The position numbers and the translations under genes are program-made. A stretch of DNA of 49,971 bases from Thermoplasmata archaeon (lineage in GTDB: Archaea; Thermoplasmatota; Thermoplasmata; Lutacidiplasmatales; UBA184), in contig JAGWLG010000029.1 of assembly GCA_028864975.1 (NCBI GenBank), positions 1-49,971 of the forward strand. Reading direction: 5' to 3'. Positions within the stretch are counted from its first letter, which is position 1. Every line of letters starts with the position of its first letter. Of this stretch, positions 1-7,850 are shown in pieces. Below the pieces are notes generated by a model. The model was not told where the DNA came from. It searched no databases and saw only the letters and a program-made list of their open reading frames with translations.

Positions 1-828
1 CTCTTCGCCAGGAGGAGTGAACCGTATGTCCTCCGGGAGCACCGCCAGGCTCTCTTCCCGACCGGAAGGGCCCGGCACCACGTTGTACCCTAGGAACCAC
101 GCGGCGAAGGCGGTCCGCGGTTGGTCGAAGACCCCGGCGGCAGGCCCCTCCTGTTCCCATCGCCCTTCGTGGAGAATGGCCACACGGTGCCCTAGGAAGA
201 ATCCCTCGTCGAAGTCGTGAGTCACGTAGACCGCGGGGATGTCGGCACGACGCAGGTAGTCCTTGATCTCGGAGCGCAGCTCCCTCGCCACCCGCGGGTC
301 GGCCGAGGACAGGGGTTCGTCCAGAAGGAGCGCCCGGGGTCTAGGGGCAAGCGCCCGCCCCAGCGCGACCCTCTGGCGCTCGCCTCCGGAGAGCTCGCCC
401 GGCCGCCGGTCGGCCAGCGAGGAGAGGCGGAACGTCCGCAGAAGCTCCTCACCACGGGACTCGGCCTCGACCCTCGACCAGCGTTGGACGAAGAGCCCAT
501 AGGTCAAGTTGTCCCAGACAGTCCGCTCGGGGAAGAGGGCCAGGTCCTGGAAGACCATCCCGATGCCCCGTCGGTGCGCAGGCAAGCGCGTGATGTCCTG
601 CCCGTCGAGGAGCACACGTCCCCGGTCCATCTCCTCCAGACCCGCCAAGACGCGGAGCAAGGTCGTCTTGCCAGAGCCGTTCGGTCCGAGGACGACCAGG
701 GTCTCGCCGCGAGCGAGGTGGAAATCCACGGGCCCCAGGTGGAAGTCCGGATAGCCACGTTCGAGCCCGCGCACTTGGAGCGAGGCAGCGCGGGAGGTGG
801 GATCGGTCGTCGGGTTATCGTCGGACAC
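1..828 (-). CDS. thiQ: ABC transporter ATP-binding subunit (thiamine uptake, ThiQ/PotA-like); runs off the window edge
   Basis: Hand translation from GTG at 828 gives MSDDNPTT..., Walker A GPNGSGKTT, Q-loop MVFQD, signature LSGGERQRVALARAL, Walker B LLLDEP and the VTHD H-loop. It is missing from the ORF track because no stop lies inside the window. It overlaps the end of the permease gene. Confidence 0.88.
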   Translation of the reverse strand, partial: MSDDNPTTDPTSRAASLQVRGLERGYPDFHLGPVDFHLARGETLVVLGPNGSGKTTLLRVLAGLEEMDRGRVLLDGQDITRLPAHRRGIGMVFQDLALFPERTVWDNLTYGLFVQRWSRVEAESRGEELLRTFRLSSLADRRPGELSGGERQRVALGRALAPRPRALLLDEPLSSADPRVARELRSEIKDYLRRADIPAVYVTHDFDEGFFLGHRVAILHEGRWEQEGPAAGVFDQPRTAFAAWFLGYNVVPGPSGREESLAVLPEDIRFTPPGEE

Positions 829-2536
829 GGCGGCCTACCACAAGGATGAGGAAGAAGGAGGTGAGGCTGACGAGGACCAGGAGCGCGGCCAGGGCGGCAG
901 CCGCGCCGACCATCTTCACTCCTAGAAGGACGTACATTTCGACGACCATGGTGGCGTAGGCCGGGATGTAGAGGAAGTTCGTGGCGGCGAACTCGCCCAG
1001 GCTCAACGAGAACGTGAACAGGCCCCCTAGGATAAGAGCGGACCGTGATCCAACGACATCGGCGTCCAAGAAAGCCCGTAGTCGGTGGGCGCCGAGCGTC
1101 ATGGCCGCCTCCCTGGGCCTGGGGGACTGCGACCGGAAGGCGTGGATCAGGGTCTGGAGCACGAAGGGGAGTGCGAGCGCGGCTTGTGCGCCGAGGACCA
1201 AGACCCAATCCAGCGACTGCGTGTACAGGGTTCCCTGGAAGAAGGACCATAGGGCGAGCGCGAGGATGATCGGAGAGGCGATCATCGGAACGAACGTGAG
1301 CAAGGTCACGGCCCCGCTGGCGGTCCGGTGGCGACGTGAGGTGAACCCGAGGGCGATCCCCACCAAGAGGACCATCAGGGTCGAGGCCACGGCGAAGAAG
1401 ACCGAGTTGAGCAAGGCTGTCCCGGTCGATACCCCGAGCGCGCCTGTGGCCTGGGGGGAGAGGAGGGAGCGCCAGTTCTCGAGTCCTAGGACGTGATTCG
1501 GAAGCTCCACGAAGGATTCGACGAGCACCGTCGAAAGGAGAAGGAACACCGTTCCCACCAAAGCGACGGTGGCGAAGAGGAAGGGAAGGGACCGCCAGTC
1601 CCACCGGCGCGTCCCTCCCCTTCGACGCGTTGAGGTGTCTCCCACGCTCAGGAGCCGAACTCGACGCGCGACCAGAAGATAGAGCACGCTGGGCAGAAGG
1701 AGGAGGACCATCACCCAGAACGCCAGGGCGACGGAAGGGACCAGGGCCCCATGGTACCACAGCTGGTAGATCTCGTCCTCGACGGTCCAGTCCAGGAACC
1801 ATCGACCGAGGAGGAGCGGAGGAGCGAAGCTCAGGAAGCTGAACAGGAACGTCAGGAGCGCTCCCGCGGCTCCCCCCAAGAGCGCCCTTCCTCCCCAGAC
1901 GTCCCGGAAGGTCCTCCAGGGGCCGCCCCCCAGAACGGCGACGGCCTGCTCGAGACGGACCGAAGAGGCCTCGACCCCGGAGACCGTGAAGAGGGCGACG
2001 ACAGAGGTGTTGAAGTAGAGGTTGACGAAGAGGATCCCGGCGAGCCCGGTCGAAAGCCCCTGGGTGGCCGGCCAGAGGCTCGAGATGACCCCCTGAGGTC
2101 CGAAGAGCTCCTCCACGCCGAGGACGACGACCAGGACCGGCAGGAGGAAGGGGACCAGCAGGAGCGCGAGGAGCAGGTCGCGCCCTGGGAAGGAACGGCG
2201 GCCCAGGAAGACCCCGACGGGGAACCCCCAGACGAAGGCAAGGAGCGCGCTGAGCGTACCTTGCTCGAACGAGTTGAAAAGCACGAGACGCGCCGCGGGA
2301 TTCCTCAGGACGATCGCCAGCACCTGCCGCAGCGTGCGCAGCTGACCCAGGGCGTCGCCCGCGAGGAACATCAGGGGGAGCAGGGCGAAGAGGAGGACGA
2401 AGGCCAACGCGGGGAGAAGCCCCAAGAGGTCCATGGAGACCGCGGAGCTGGGCGACGATCGTCTTCGAAGCCAGGCGGACGGAGGCGGGAGGACGGGGCC
2501 GCTCGGCTCCATCGTCCCTCCGACCCCCGTTCCCAC
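815..2536 (-). CDS. thiP: ABC transporter permease with two fused membrane domains (ThiP-like)
   Basis: About 12 hydrophobic segments and two EAA-type loops (LEQAVAVLGG..., EAAMTLGA...). It lies between the binding protein and the ATPase, downstream of a TPP riboswitch. The start may be the ATG about 8 codons further in. Confidence 0.85.
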   Translation of the reverse strand: MGTGVGGTMEPSGPVLPPPSAWLRRRSSPSSAVSMDLLGLLPALAFVLLFALLPLMFLAGDALGQLRTLRQVLAIVLRNPAARLVLFNSFEQGTLSALLAFVWGFPVGVFLGRRSFPGRDLLLALLLVPFLLPVLVVVLGVEELFGPQGVISSLWPATQGLSTGLAGILFVNLYFNTSVVALFTVSGVEASSVRLEQAVAVLGGGPWRTFRDVWGGRALLGGAAGALLTFLFSFLSFAPPLLLGRWFLDWTVEDEIYQLWYHGALVPSVALAFWVMVLLLLPSVLYLLVARRVRLLSVGDTSTRRRGGTRRWDWRSLPFLFATVALVGTVFLLLSTVLVESFVELPNHVLGLENWRSLLSPQATGALGVSTGTALLNSVFFAVASTLMVLLVGIALGFTSRRHRTASGAVTLLTFVPMIASPIILALALWSFFQGTLYTQSLDWVLVLGAQAALALPFVLQTLIHAFRSQSPRPREAAMTLGAHRLRAFLDADVVGSRSALILGGLFTFSLSLGEFAATNFLYIPAYATMVVEMYVLLGVKMVGAAAALAALLVLVSLTSFFLILVVGRRVRR

Positions 2537-3757
2537 TCACGCGATGATGTTCTGGAGCTCGCTCGTCCAGTACCCCAGCTGATACGAGCTCTGGATCGGA
2601 GTCGTGTCGTCGTTGAGCGCGGAGATCTGGCTCGGCGGGAAGGACCAGTCGTACGCCGAGGGAAGCGTCGTGCTCGCGACAGCGGGGTACTCCCACTCGT
2701 TCACGGGGATCTGCGATTGGACCGTCGGGCTGAGTAGGTAGTCGATGAACTTCTCCCCAAGGCTCTGGGCATGGGTTCCTTTGACGAGCCCCGCGCCGTA
2801 GATGGTCTTCCAGCCATAGCTGGTTCCGGCGTGCTGGGCCACCGTGCTGTTCATCCACGTCCCGTAGCCGAAGTAGATGTTGTACGCCTCGTCGGTGGTG
2901 TAGCTCACAAAGCTCGCGTACTGACCCGCCGAGAACTCCGAGAAACCGGTGCTCCAGTCGGCCGCGGGATGGACGTAGGGGGCCACCGCCGAGAAGAACG
3001 TGGTCCAGTTTTTGTGCAGCACGTTCTGGTAGTACTCGACCTCCCAGGCGAGGAACTCCTCCCCCGTGATGTCCCCGAGCAGGGGGTCCGAGAAGAGGAA
3101 CTGCTTGGCGAGCGTCGGGCTCCCCGCGACGTTCTGGAAGAAGTCCCCCTGGGAAAGACCGTTGCCGTTCGCCGCATCGAAGGAGACGTTGTAGTCGACG
3201 CCCAGGTACCCCCACTCGTAAGGGGTCACGGTGTGGTCCGGGGCGATCTGGCCGACCAAGCTCGAAGGCACCCCGGTCAAGGCTGGCGAGCTGTAGGGGA
3301 TCAGGAAGCCGGAGGCGTCCGCCTGGGGGGCGGTGAGCTCGTCAAGTCCCACGATCACATCGGGCATCGTGCCGGGCTTCGCCAGCTTGAGGTCCGACAC
3401 GAGGTCGCCCGTAGAGACGTAGGTGAGCTGCACGGTGCTCCCCGTCGCGTTCTGGAAGTTGTCGATGAGCGCGACCCGTGACGCGTTAGGGTAAGCGCCG
3501 GACCCGAAGAAGCTCGAGTAGGTCCACACGACAAGGCAGTGCGAATTGGTGCTGCAGCCCTTCGGCGCAGAGAGGTAGTGGTAGGCCCCGTACGCCCCGA
3601 CCGAAGCAACCACGACGACGACCACCGCGACCCAAAGGGTCACATGACGTCGGCGCGGCCGCGGTCTTGCCGCGGGGGCCCCTGAACTCTGCGCCGGAGG
3701 GGTCGGGTGGTCCGTCGAACTCTCTTCGGTAGGCGGTGTGGTGTCTGCGGTGCTCAT
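2537..3757 (-). CDS. thiB: Thiamine ABC transporter substrate-binding protein (ThiB/TbpA) with N-terminal membrane anchor
   Basis: Motifs WTYSSF, DVIVGLD, TPYEWGYL and SYTTD typical of TbpA, an N-terminal hydrophobic anchor (LWVAVVVVVVASVG), and a position directly under a TPP riboswitch. Confidence 0.88.
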   Translation of the reverse strand: MSTADTTPPTEESSTDHPTPPAQSSGAPAARPRPRRRHVTLWVAVVVVVVASVGAYGAYHYLSAPKGCSTNSHCLVVWTYSSFFGSGAYPNASRVALIDNFQNATGSTVQLTYVSTGDLVSDLKLAKPGTMPDVIVGLDELTAPQADASGFLIPYSSPALTGVPSSLVGQIAPDHTVTPYEWGYLGVDYNVSFDAANGNGLSQGDFFQNVAGSPTLAKQFLFSDPLLGDITGEEFLAWEVEYYQNVLHKNWTTFFSAVAPYVHPAADWSTGFSEFSAGQYASFVSYTTDEAYNIYFGYGTWMNSTVAQHAGTSYGWKTIYGAGLVKGTHAQSLGEKFIDYLLSPTVQSQIPVNEWEYPAVASTTLPSAYDWSFPPSQISALNDDTTPIQSSYQLGYWTSELQNIIA

Positions 3758-3789
3758 GCCCTGCCAACTGCAGGGGTACCGTCTACGCT

Positions 3790-3889
3790 GCCCATCGACT
3801 TCCCTTCGCCGGTATTACCCGGATCAGGTTCGAGGGGTCGACAGCTCTTCGCTGTCCTCTCAGCCGCATGATGGCTCCCCCAGCGGGGG
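3790..3889 (-). promoter_or_regulatory. TPP (thi-box) riboswitch aptamer
   Basis: The minus strand reads GGGGGAGCC-ATCATGC-GGCTGAGAG-GACAGC(GAAGA)GCTGTC-GACCCCT-CGAACCTGAT-CCGG(GTAATA)CCGG-CGAAGGGAAG, which matches the TPP consensus (CTGAGA, GACCC, ACCTGAT, GGTAAT.CC.GCG.AGGGA). It ends about 35 nt upstream of the thiB ATG. Confidence 0.93.
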
Positions 3890-4008
3890 TTGCACACGGG
3901 TCGAGGGTAATACGCTTGCTGCCGGGTCTTGGAGCGTTTCGCGCGCGTCCGTACGCCTGAGGGAAAGTCGATGGGCTCGGGACAGATGGCCCCCCGTGCT
4001 TCTGAGTA

Positions 4009-4794
4009 CTAGGGGTCCGAGGTCTTGGAGATCCCCAGGAGGGCAGCGACCTCGGTGAGGTCCTTGAGGACCGGAGTGGAAGTTCCCTTGGGTGGGGGTC
4101 GGGGCGGGCCTTCCTCCAAGTTCCAGTACTTGGACCACAGCCCCGTGTAGAGCGCGGTACGCATTCCGCTCGCTTCGCCTCCTGCGACATCTCGATCCCA
4201 GCGGTCCCCCACGTGCAAGATCTCTGTGGGGGCGACCTCGATGCTCCGAGCGGCGGCCAAGAAGAGGCGCGGGTCCGGCTTGCGAACGCTCACGTCGCAG
4301 GAGGTCGTGACCGAAGCGACCCCCGGCGCGACGACCTCTCGGAGATAGGAGAGCCAGGTCGGACCGCTACGGGAAGTGTCCGAGATCGCCATCACCTTGA
4401 GCCCGGCTCGCAGCGCCTGAAGGATGAGCTCGCGCGCCTGCGGGTTGAGATGGGGGGGATGTTCGTGGAGGCCGGCGTCGGAGTAGCGCTGGGCGAGCTC
4501 GTCGAGCGGGAGCAGCAGCTTGGCTCCGAGCTCACGACGGACCTCCTCGATGAGCTTGGCATTGGGGAGACTGCTCGCCAGGAGTCCCCGCGCGCTCCAC
4601 CGCGCGAGGACGGCCGATCTTCCCCGGCCCACGGCGGCCCCGCCCAAGGGCCGTCCGTGGCGGTCTCCAAGACCCCCACCGAGGATCTCAATGCGAAGGG
4701 TGCCCTGCGCCCTGGCGATCTCCGCCGTATCCCAGAACGTGGTCTCGCCGAGGTCGAGCGAGAGCGCCCGGATGCCGTTGCCCAGCGCGGCCAT
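4009..4794 (-). CDS. HAD-superfamily hydrolase
   Basis: Motif I (LSLDLGETT), motif III (KPDPRLF) and motif IV (HVGDRWDRD). The start was moved to the ATG at 4794 (MAALGNGIRAL). Confidence 0.85.
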   Translation of the reverse strand: MAALGNGIRALSLDLGETTFWDTAEIARAQGTLRIEILGGGLGDRHGRPLGGAAVGRGRSAVLARWSARGLLASSLPNAKLIEEVRRELGAKLLLPLDELAQRYSDAGLHEHPPHLNPQARELILQALRAGLKVMAISDTSRSGPTWLSYLREVVAPGVASVTTSCDVSVRKPDPRLFLAAARSIEVAPTEILHVGDRWDRDVAGGEASGMRTALYTGLWSKYWNLEEGPPRPPPKGTSTPVLKDLTEVAALLGISKTSDP

Positions 4795-4905
4795 GGTAGG
4801 GGGCGTAGGCTCACGCCCCTTTCTACCTCGCGCTTGCGTGGGGTGGGAGCCTTCCGAGGGGGAAGGAGCGTGGGCCATCCTCTCGGCTCTCGGCTGAAAG
4901 GGAGC

Positions 4906-6957
4906 CTAGCGGGGACGAAGCCCCGCTTCCCTTTGGAGGGAGCGTATCTTGTCCCGGATCCTGGCGGCCTTCTCGAACTCCAGTCGATCGGCCGCGAGGC
5001 GCATCTCCTCCTCGAGGTTGGCCATGAGGAGCGGTAGCCGCTCCTTCCACTTCTTCCCCAGACCGCTCGTCGAGAGTTCGCCGCTTGCCGCTTCCTCTTC
5101 GGCAAGGAGGCTGTGCACTTCCTTCACGATGGTCGCAGGCACCACGCCGTGTTCGCGGTTGTAGGCGAGCTGCAGCTCTCTCCTCCGCCCGGTCTCGGCC
5201 ATCGCCCGCGACATGGACCCGGTGACACGGTCGGCGTAGAGGATCACCTTCCCGTCCAGGTTCCTGGAGGCACGCCCCGCGGTCTGGATCAGCGAGGTCT
5301 CCGAGCGGAGGTAGCCCTCCTTGTCCGCGTCGAGGATCGCGACCAGGGAGACCTCCGGGAGGTCCAGGCCTTCCCGCAGGAGGTTGATCCCCACGAGGAT
5401 GTCGAACTGCCCGAGTCGAAGGTCCCGGAGGATCTCGACCCGCTTGAGCGTCTCGACGTCGCTGTGAAGGTAGCGGACCTTCAGATGCAGACCTGACAGG
5501 TAGTTCGCGAGCTCCTCGGCGGTGGACTTGGTCAGGGTCGTGACGAGGCAGCGCTGTTCCTTTTCGACGCGCGCGCGGAGCTCCGCGACCAGGTCCGCCA
5601 TGTGGCCTTTGATGGGCCTCACCTCGACCGGGGGGTCCACGAGCCCCGTCGGTCGGATGATCTGCTCGGCGACGTTCGGGCCCGAGAGGCGGTGCTCGAT
5701 AGGACCGGGAGTGGCCGAGACGAAGACCATCTGGTGGGCGCGCGCCAGGAACTCGGGCCACTTGAGCGGGCGGTTGTCCCGACAGGAGGGAAGTCTCCAA
5801 CCGAACTCCACGAGGTTGTCCTTGCGGCTCTTGTCGCCCTCGTACATCCCCCGGATCTGGGGGAGCGTCACGTGGGACTCGTCGACGAAGATGAGCGCGT
5901 CCTTGGGGAAGAAGTCCATGAGGGTATAGGGGGACTCGCCCGGAGCGCGCCGAGTGAGGTGGCGTGAGTAGTTCTCGATCCCGTTGCAGTACCCGACCTC
6001 CCGGATCATCTCGAGGTCGTACTCGGTGCGGCTCTTGAGCCGTTGAGCTTCGAGCGCCTTGCCCCCCTCCTGGAGCTCAGCGTAGCGCGCCCCGAGCTCC
6101 TTTTCGATCTCTTTGAGCGCGTCCTCGAGGGACTCCTGGGGGGTCAGGAAGTGCGTGGCCGGGAAGACCTGGAGCTCCTCCACAGGGGCGCGGTCCTCCC
6201 CGCTCGTCGGGTCGAACTCCAAGATCTCCTGGAGAACATCCCCGTCGAAGAGGAGCCGGTGACCGCTCTCGGCCGCGCCCATGAGGTCGATGGTCGAGCC
6301 GCGGACCCGGAAGCGCCCGCGCTTGAGCTCCATGTCGTTCCGCTGGTAGCGCATCGAGACCAGTTTCTGGAGGAGTTCCCTTCGTCCCCACGTCTCGCCC
6401 TTCTTGAGGGTCAGGACCTGCGCCCGGTAGTCCTCGGGCGAGCCCAGGCCGTAGATGCAGCTCACCGAGGCGACGATGAGCACGTCCCGTCGGGACAGCA
6501 GGGCCTGCGTCGCGCGATGTCTCAGCCGGTCGATCTCCTCGTTCACCGAGGCATCCTTCTCGACGTAGAGGTCGATCTGTGGGACGTAGGCCTCGGGCTG
6601 GTAGTAGTCGTAGTAGCTGACGAAGTATTCGACCGCGTTCTGGGGGAAGACGTCGCGGAACTCGCTCACGAGCTGGGCGGCGAGGGTCTTGTTGGGCGAG
6701 ATGACGAGGGTCGGGCGCTGCAGGGCCTCCACGACGTGGGCCATGGTGAAGGTCTTCCCGGAGCCGGTGACCCCCAGCAACGTCTGGTAGGGCTGCTCCT
6801 GCCGGATCCCCTCCACCAGCTTGCGGATCGCTTGGGGCTGGTCTCCTCGGGGCTCGAGAGGGGATTCCAGGTGGAACTTCCGCGGGCCCTGGGGGCGCGC
6901 GAGCTCTGAGCTGCCCCGTTCCTCGGACTTGGCCGCGGTCGAGGTGGAGGAGGTCAC
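4906..6957 (-). CDS. uvrB: Excinuclease ABC subunit B
   Basis: GDQPQAI, GVTGSGKTFTMA, YYDYYQPEAY beta-hairpin, VDESH, FVSATPG, GINLLREGLDLPEV and a C-terminal UVR coiled coil. The likely start is GTG 6957, which overlaps the larE stop (GTGA); the ORF track start is 7011. Confidence 0.97.
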   Translation of the reverse strand: MTSSTSTAAKSEERGSSELARPQGPRKFHLESPLEPRGDQPQAIRKLVEGIRQEQPYQTLLGVTGSGKTFTMAHVVEALQRPTLVISPNKTLAAQLVSEFRDVFPQNAVEYFVSYYDYYQPEAYVPQIDLYVEKDASVNEEIDRLRHRATQALLSRRDVLIVASVSCIYGLGSPEDYRAQVLTLKKGETWGRRELLQKLVSMRYQRNDMELKRGRFRVRGSTIDLMGAAESGHRLLFDGDVLQEILEFDPTSGEDRAPVEELQVFPATHFLTPQESLEDALKEIEKELGARYAELQEGGKALEAQRLKSRTEYDLEMIREVGYCNGIENYSRHLTRRAPGESPYTLMDFFPKDALIFVDESHVTLPQIRGMYEGDKSRKDNLVEFGWRLPSCRDNRPLKWPEFLARAHQMVFVSATPGPIEHRLSGPNVAEQIIRPTGLVDPPVEVRPIKGHMADLVAELRARVEKEQRCLVTTLTKSTAEELANYLSGLHLKVRYLHSDVETLKRVEILRDLRLGQFDILVGINLLREGLDLPEVSLVAILDADKEGYLRSETSLIQTAGRASRNLDGKVILYADRVTGSMSRAMAETGRRRELQLAYNREHGVVPATIVKEVHSLLAEEEAASGELSTSGLGKKWKERLPLLMANLEEEMRLAADRLEFEKAARIRDKIRSLQREAGLRPR

Positions 6958-7814
6958 GACGCTCCGCCCTCCGAGGGCTGTTCCGACCCCGAGGCCGAAG
7001 GAGCGGTCCACGACCTCCCTCCGGCAGGTCGGTAACCCTCCGGGTCGATGGTAACGCTGGTGAAGCCGAGCGCCGTCAACTCAAAGGAGACCTGGAACCG
7101 GAGGGCAGGGTCCTGGAACCGTCCCACCTCCTCGGAACCCACCTCGATGCGGGCGGCGCCCTGGGAGGTCCGCACCCGAACCTGTCGGAACCCCAGCTCG
7201 TGGAGCGCCCGCTCCCCGGCTTCCACACGGGAGAGGAGGGGAGTGGAGATGGGTTCTCCGTGGGCGACGCGGGAGGCGAGGCAGCTGTTCGAAGGGGCGT
7301 CGTGGTTCGGGAGCCCCCAGGCCGCGGCGAGCTCGCGCACCTCCCGCTTGCCCAGCCCCGCCTCGCGGAGCGGGTGGCGGACCTTTCGTTCGTCCATGGC
7401 GCGCATCCCCGGACGATCGTCCGCCGGGTCGTCCGCGTGAAGGCCATCCACGATGACGGCGAACCGTTCCTCTTGCGCGACGGCCAGAAGGAGATCTCCT
7501 TCCTGCGAGCGGCAGAAGTAGCATCGGTCGAGAGGATTCGCGGCGTAGCGGGGGTCCTGCGTCGGGTCGATGCGGACCAAACGGTGCCGGATCCCGACCG
7601 ACCTTGCGACCTCGACGGCACGGTCGAGCTCCTCCTTTGCCACGGCGGGGCCGTGGAGCGTCACGGCCAGCGAGCGACCCGGGGCTGCGCGCTGCGCAGC
7701 GGCGGCCACAACACTGGAGTCAACTCCCCCTGAAAGTGCGACCACGACGGGACCCATGTCCTTCAGCAGAGCTTCCAGGCGGTCGGGGAAAGGGCCGGTC
7801 GGCAGTACGGTCAC
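6954..7814 (-). CDS. larE: PP-loop sulfur transferase of the LarE family
   Basis: PP-loop SGGVDSS, RCYFCR, DDRPGMRA, SNSCLASRV and FRQVRVR are all LarE-family motifs. The start was re-assigned to GTG 7814. Confidence 0.88.
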   Translation of the reverse strand: MTVLPTGPFPDRLEALLKDMGPVVVALSGGVDSSVVAAAAQRAAPGRSLAVTLHGPAVAKEELDRAVEVARSVGIRHRLVRIDPTQDPRYAANPLDRCYFCRSQEGDLLLAVAQEERFAVIVDGLHADDPADDRPGMRAMDERKVRHPLREAGLGKREVRELAAAWGLPNHDAPSNSCLASRVAHGEPISTPLLSRVEAGERALHELGFRQVRVRTSQGAARIEVGSEEVGRFQDPALRFQVSFELTALGFTSVTIDPEGYRPAGGRSWTAPSASGSEQPSEGGAS

Positions 7815-7850
7815 GGGCCACCTGACGGAATAAGGGGCCAAGAGGTTGTC

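Noticed and set aside
3901-3980. Apparent second TPP aptamer on the plus strand (GGGTAATAC...GGGAAAGTCGATGGGC)
   Set aside because: It lacks CTGAGA and ACCTGAT and the spacing is wrong. It is better explained as sequence complementary to the real aptamer, and GTATTAC may simply be the thiB TATA-like box.
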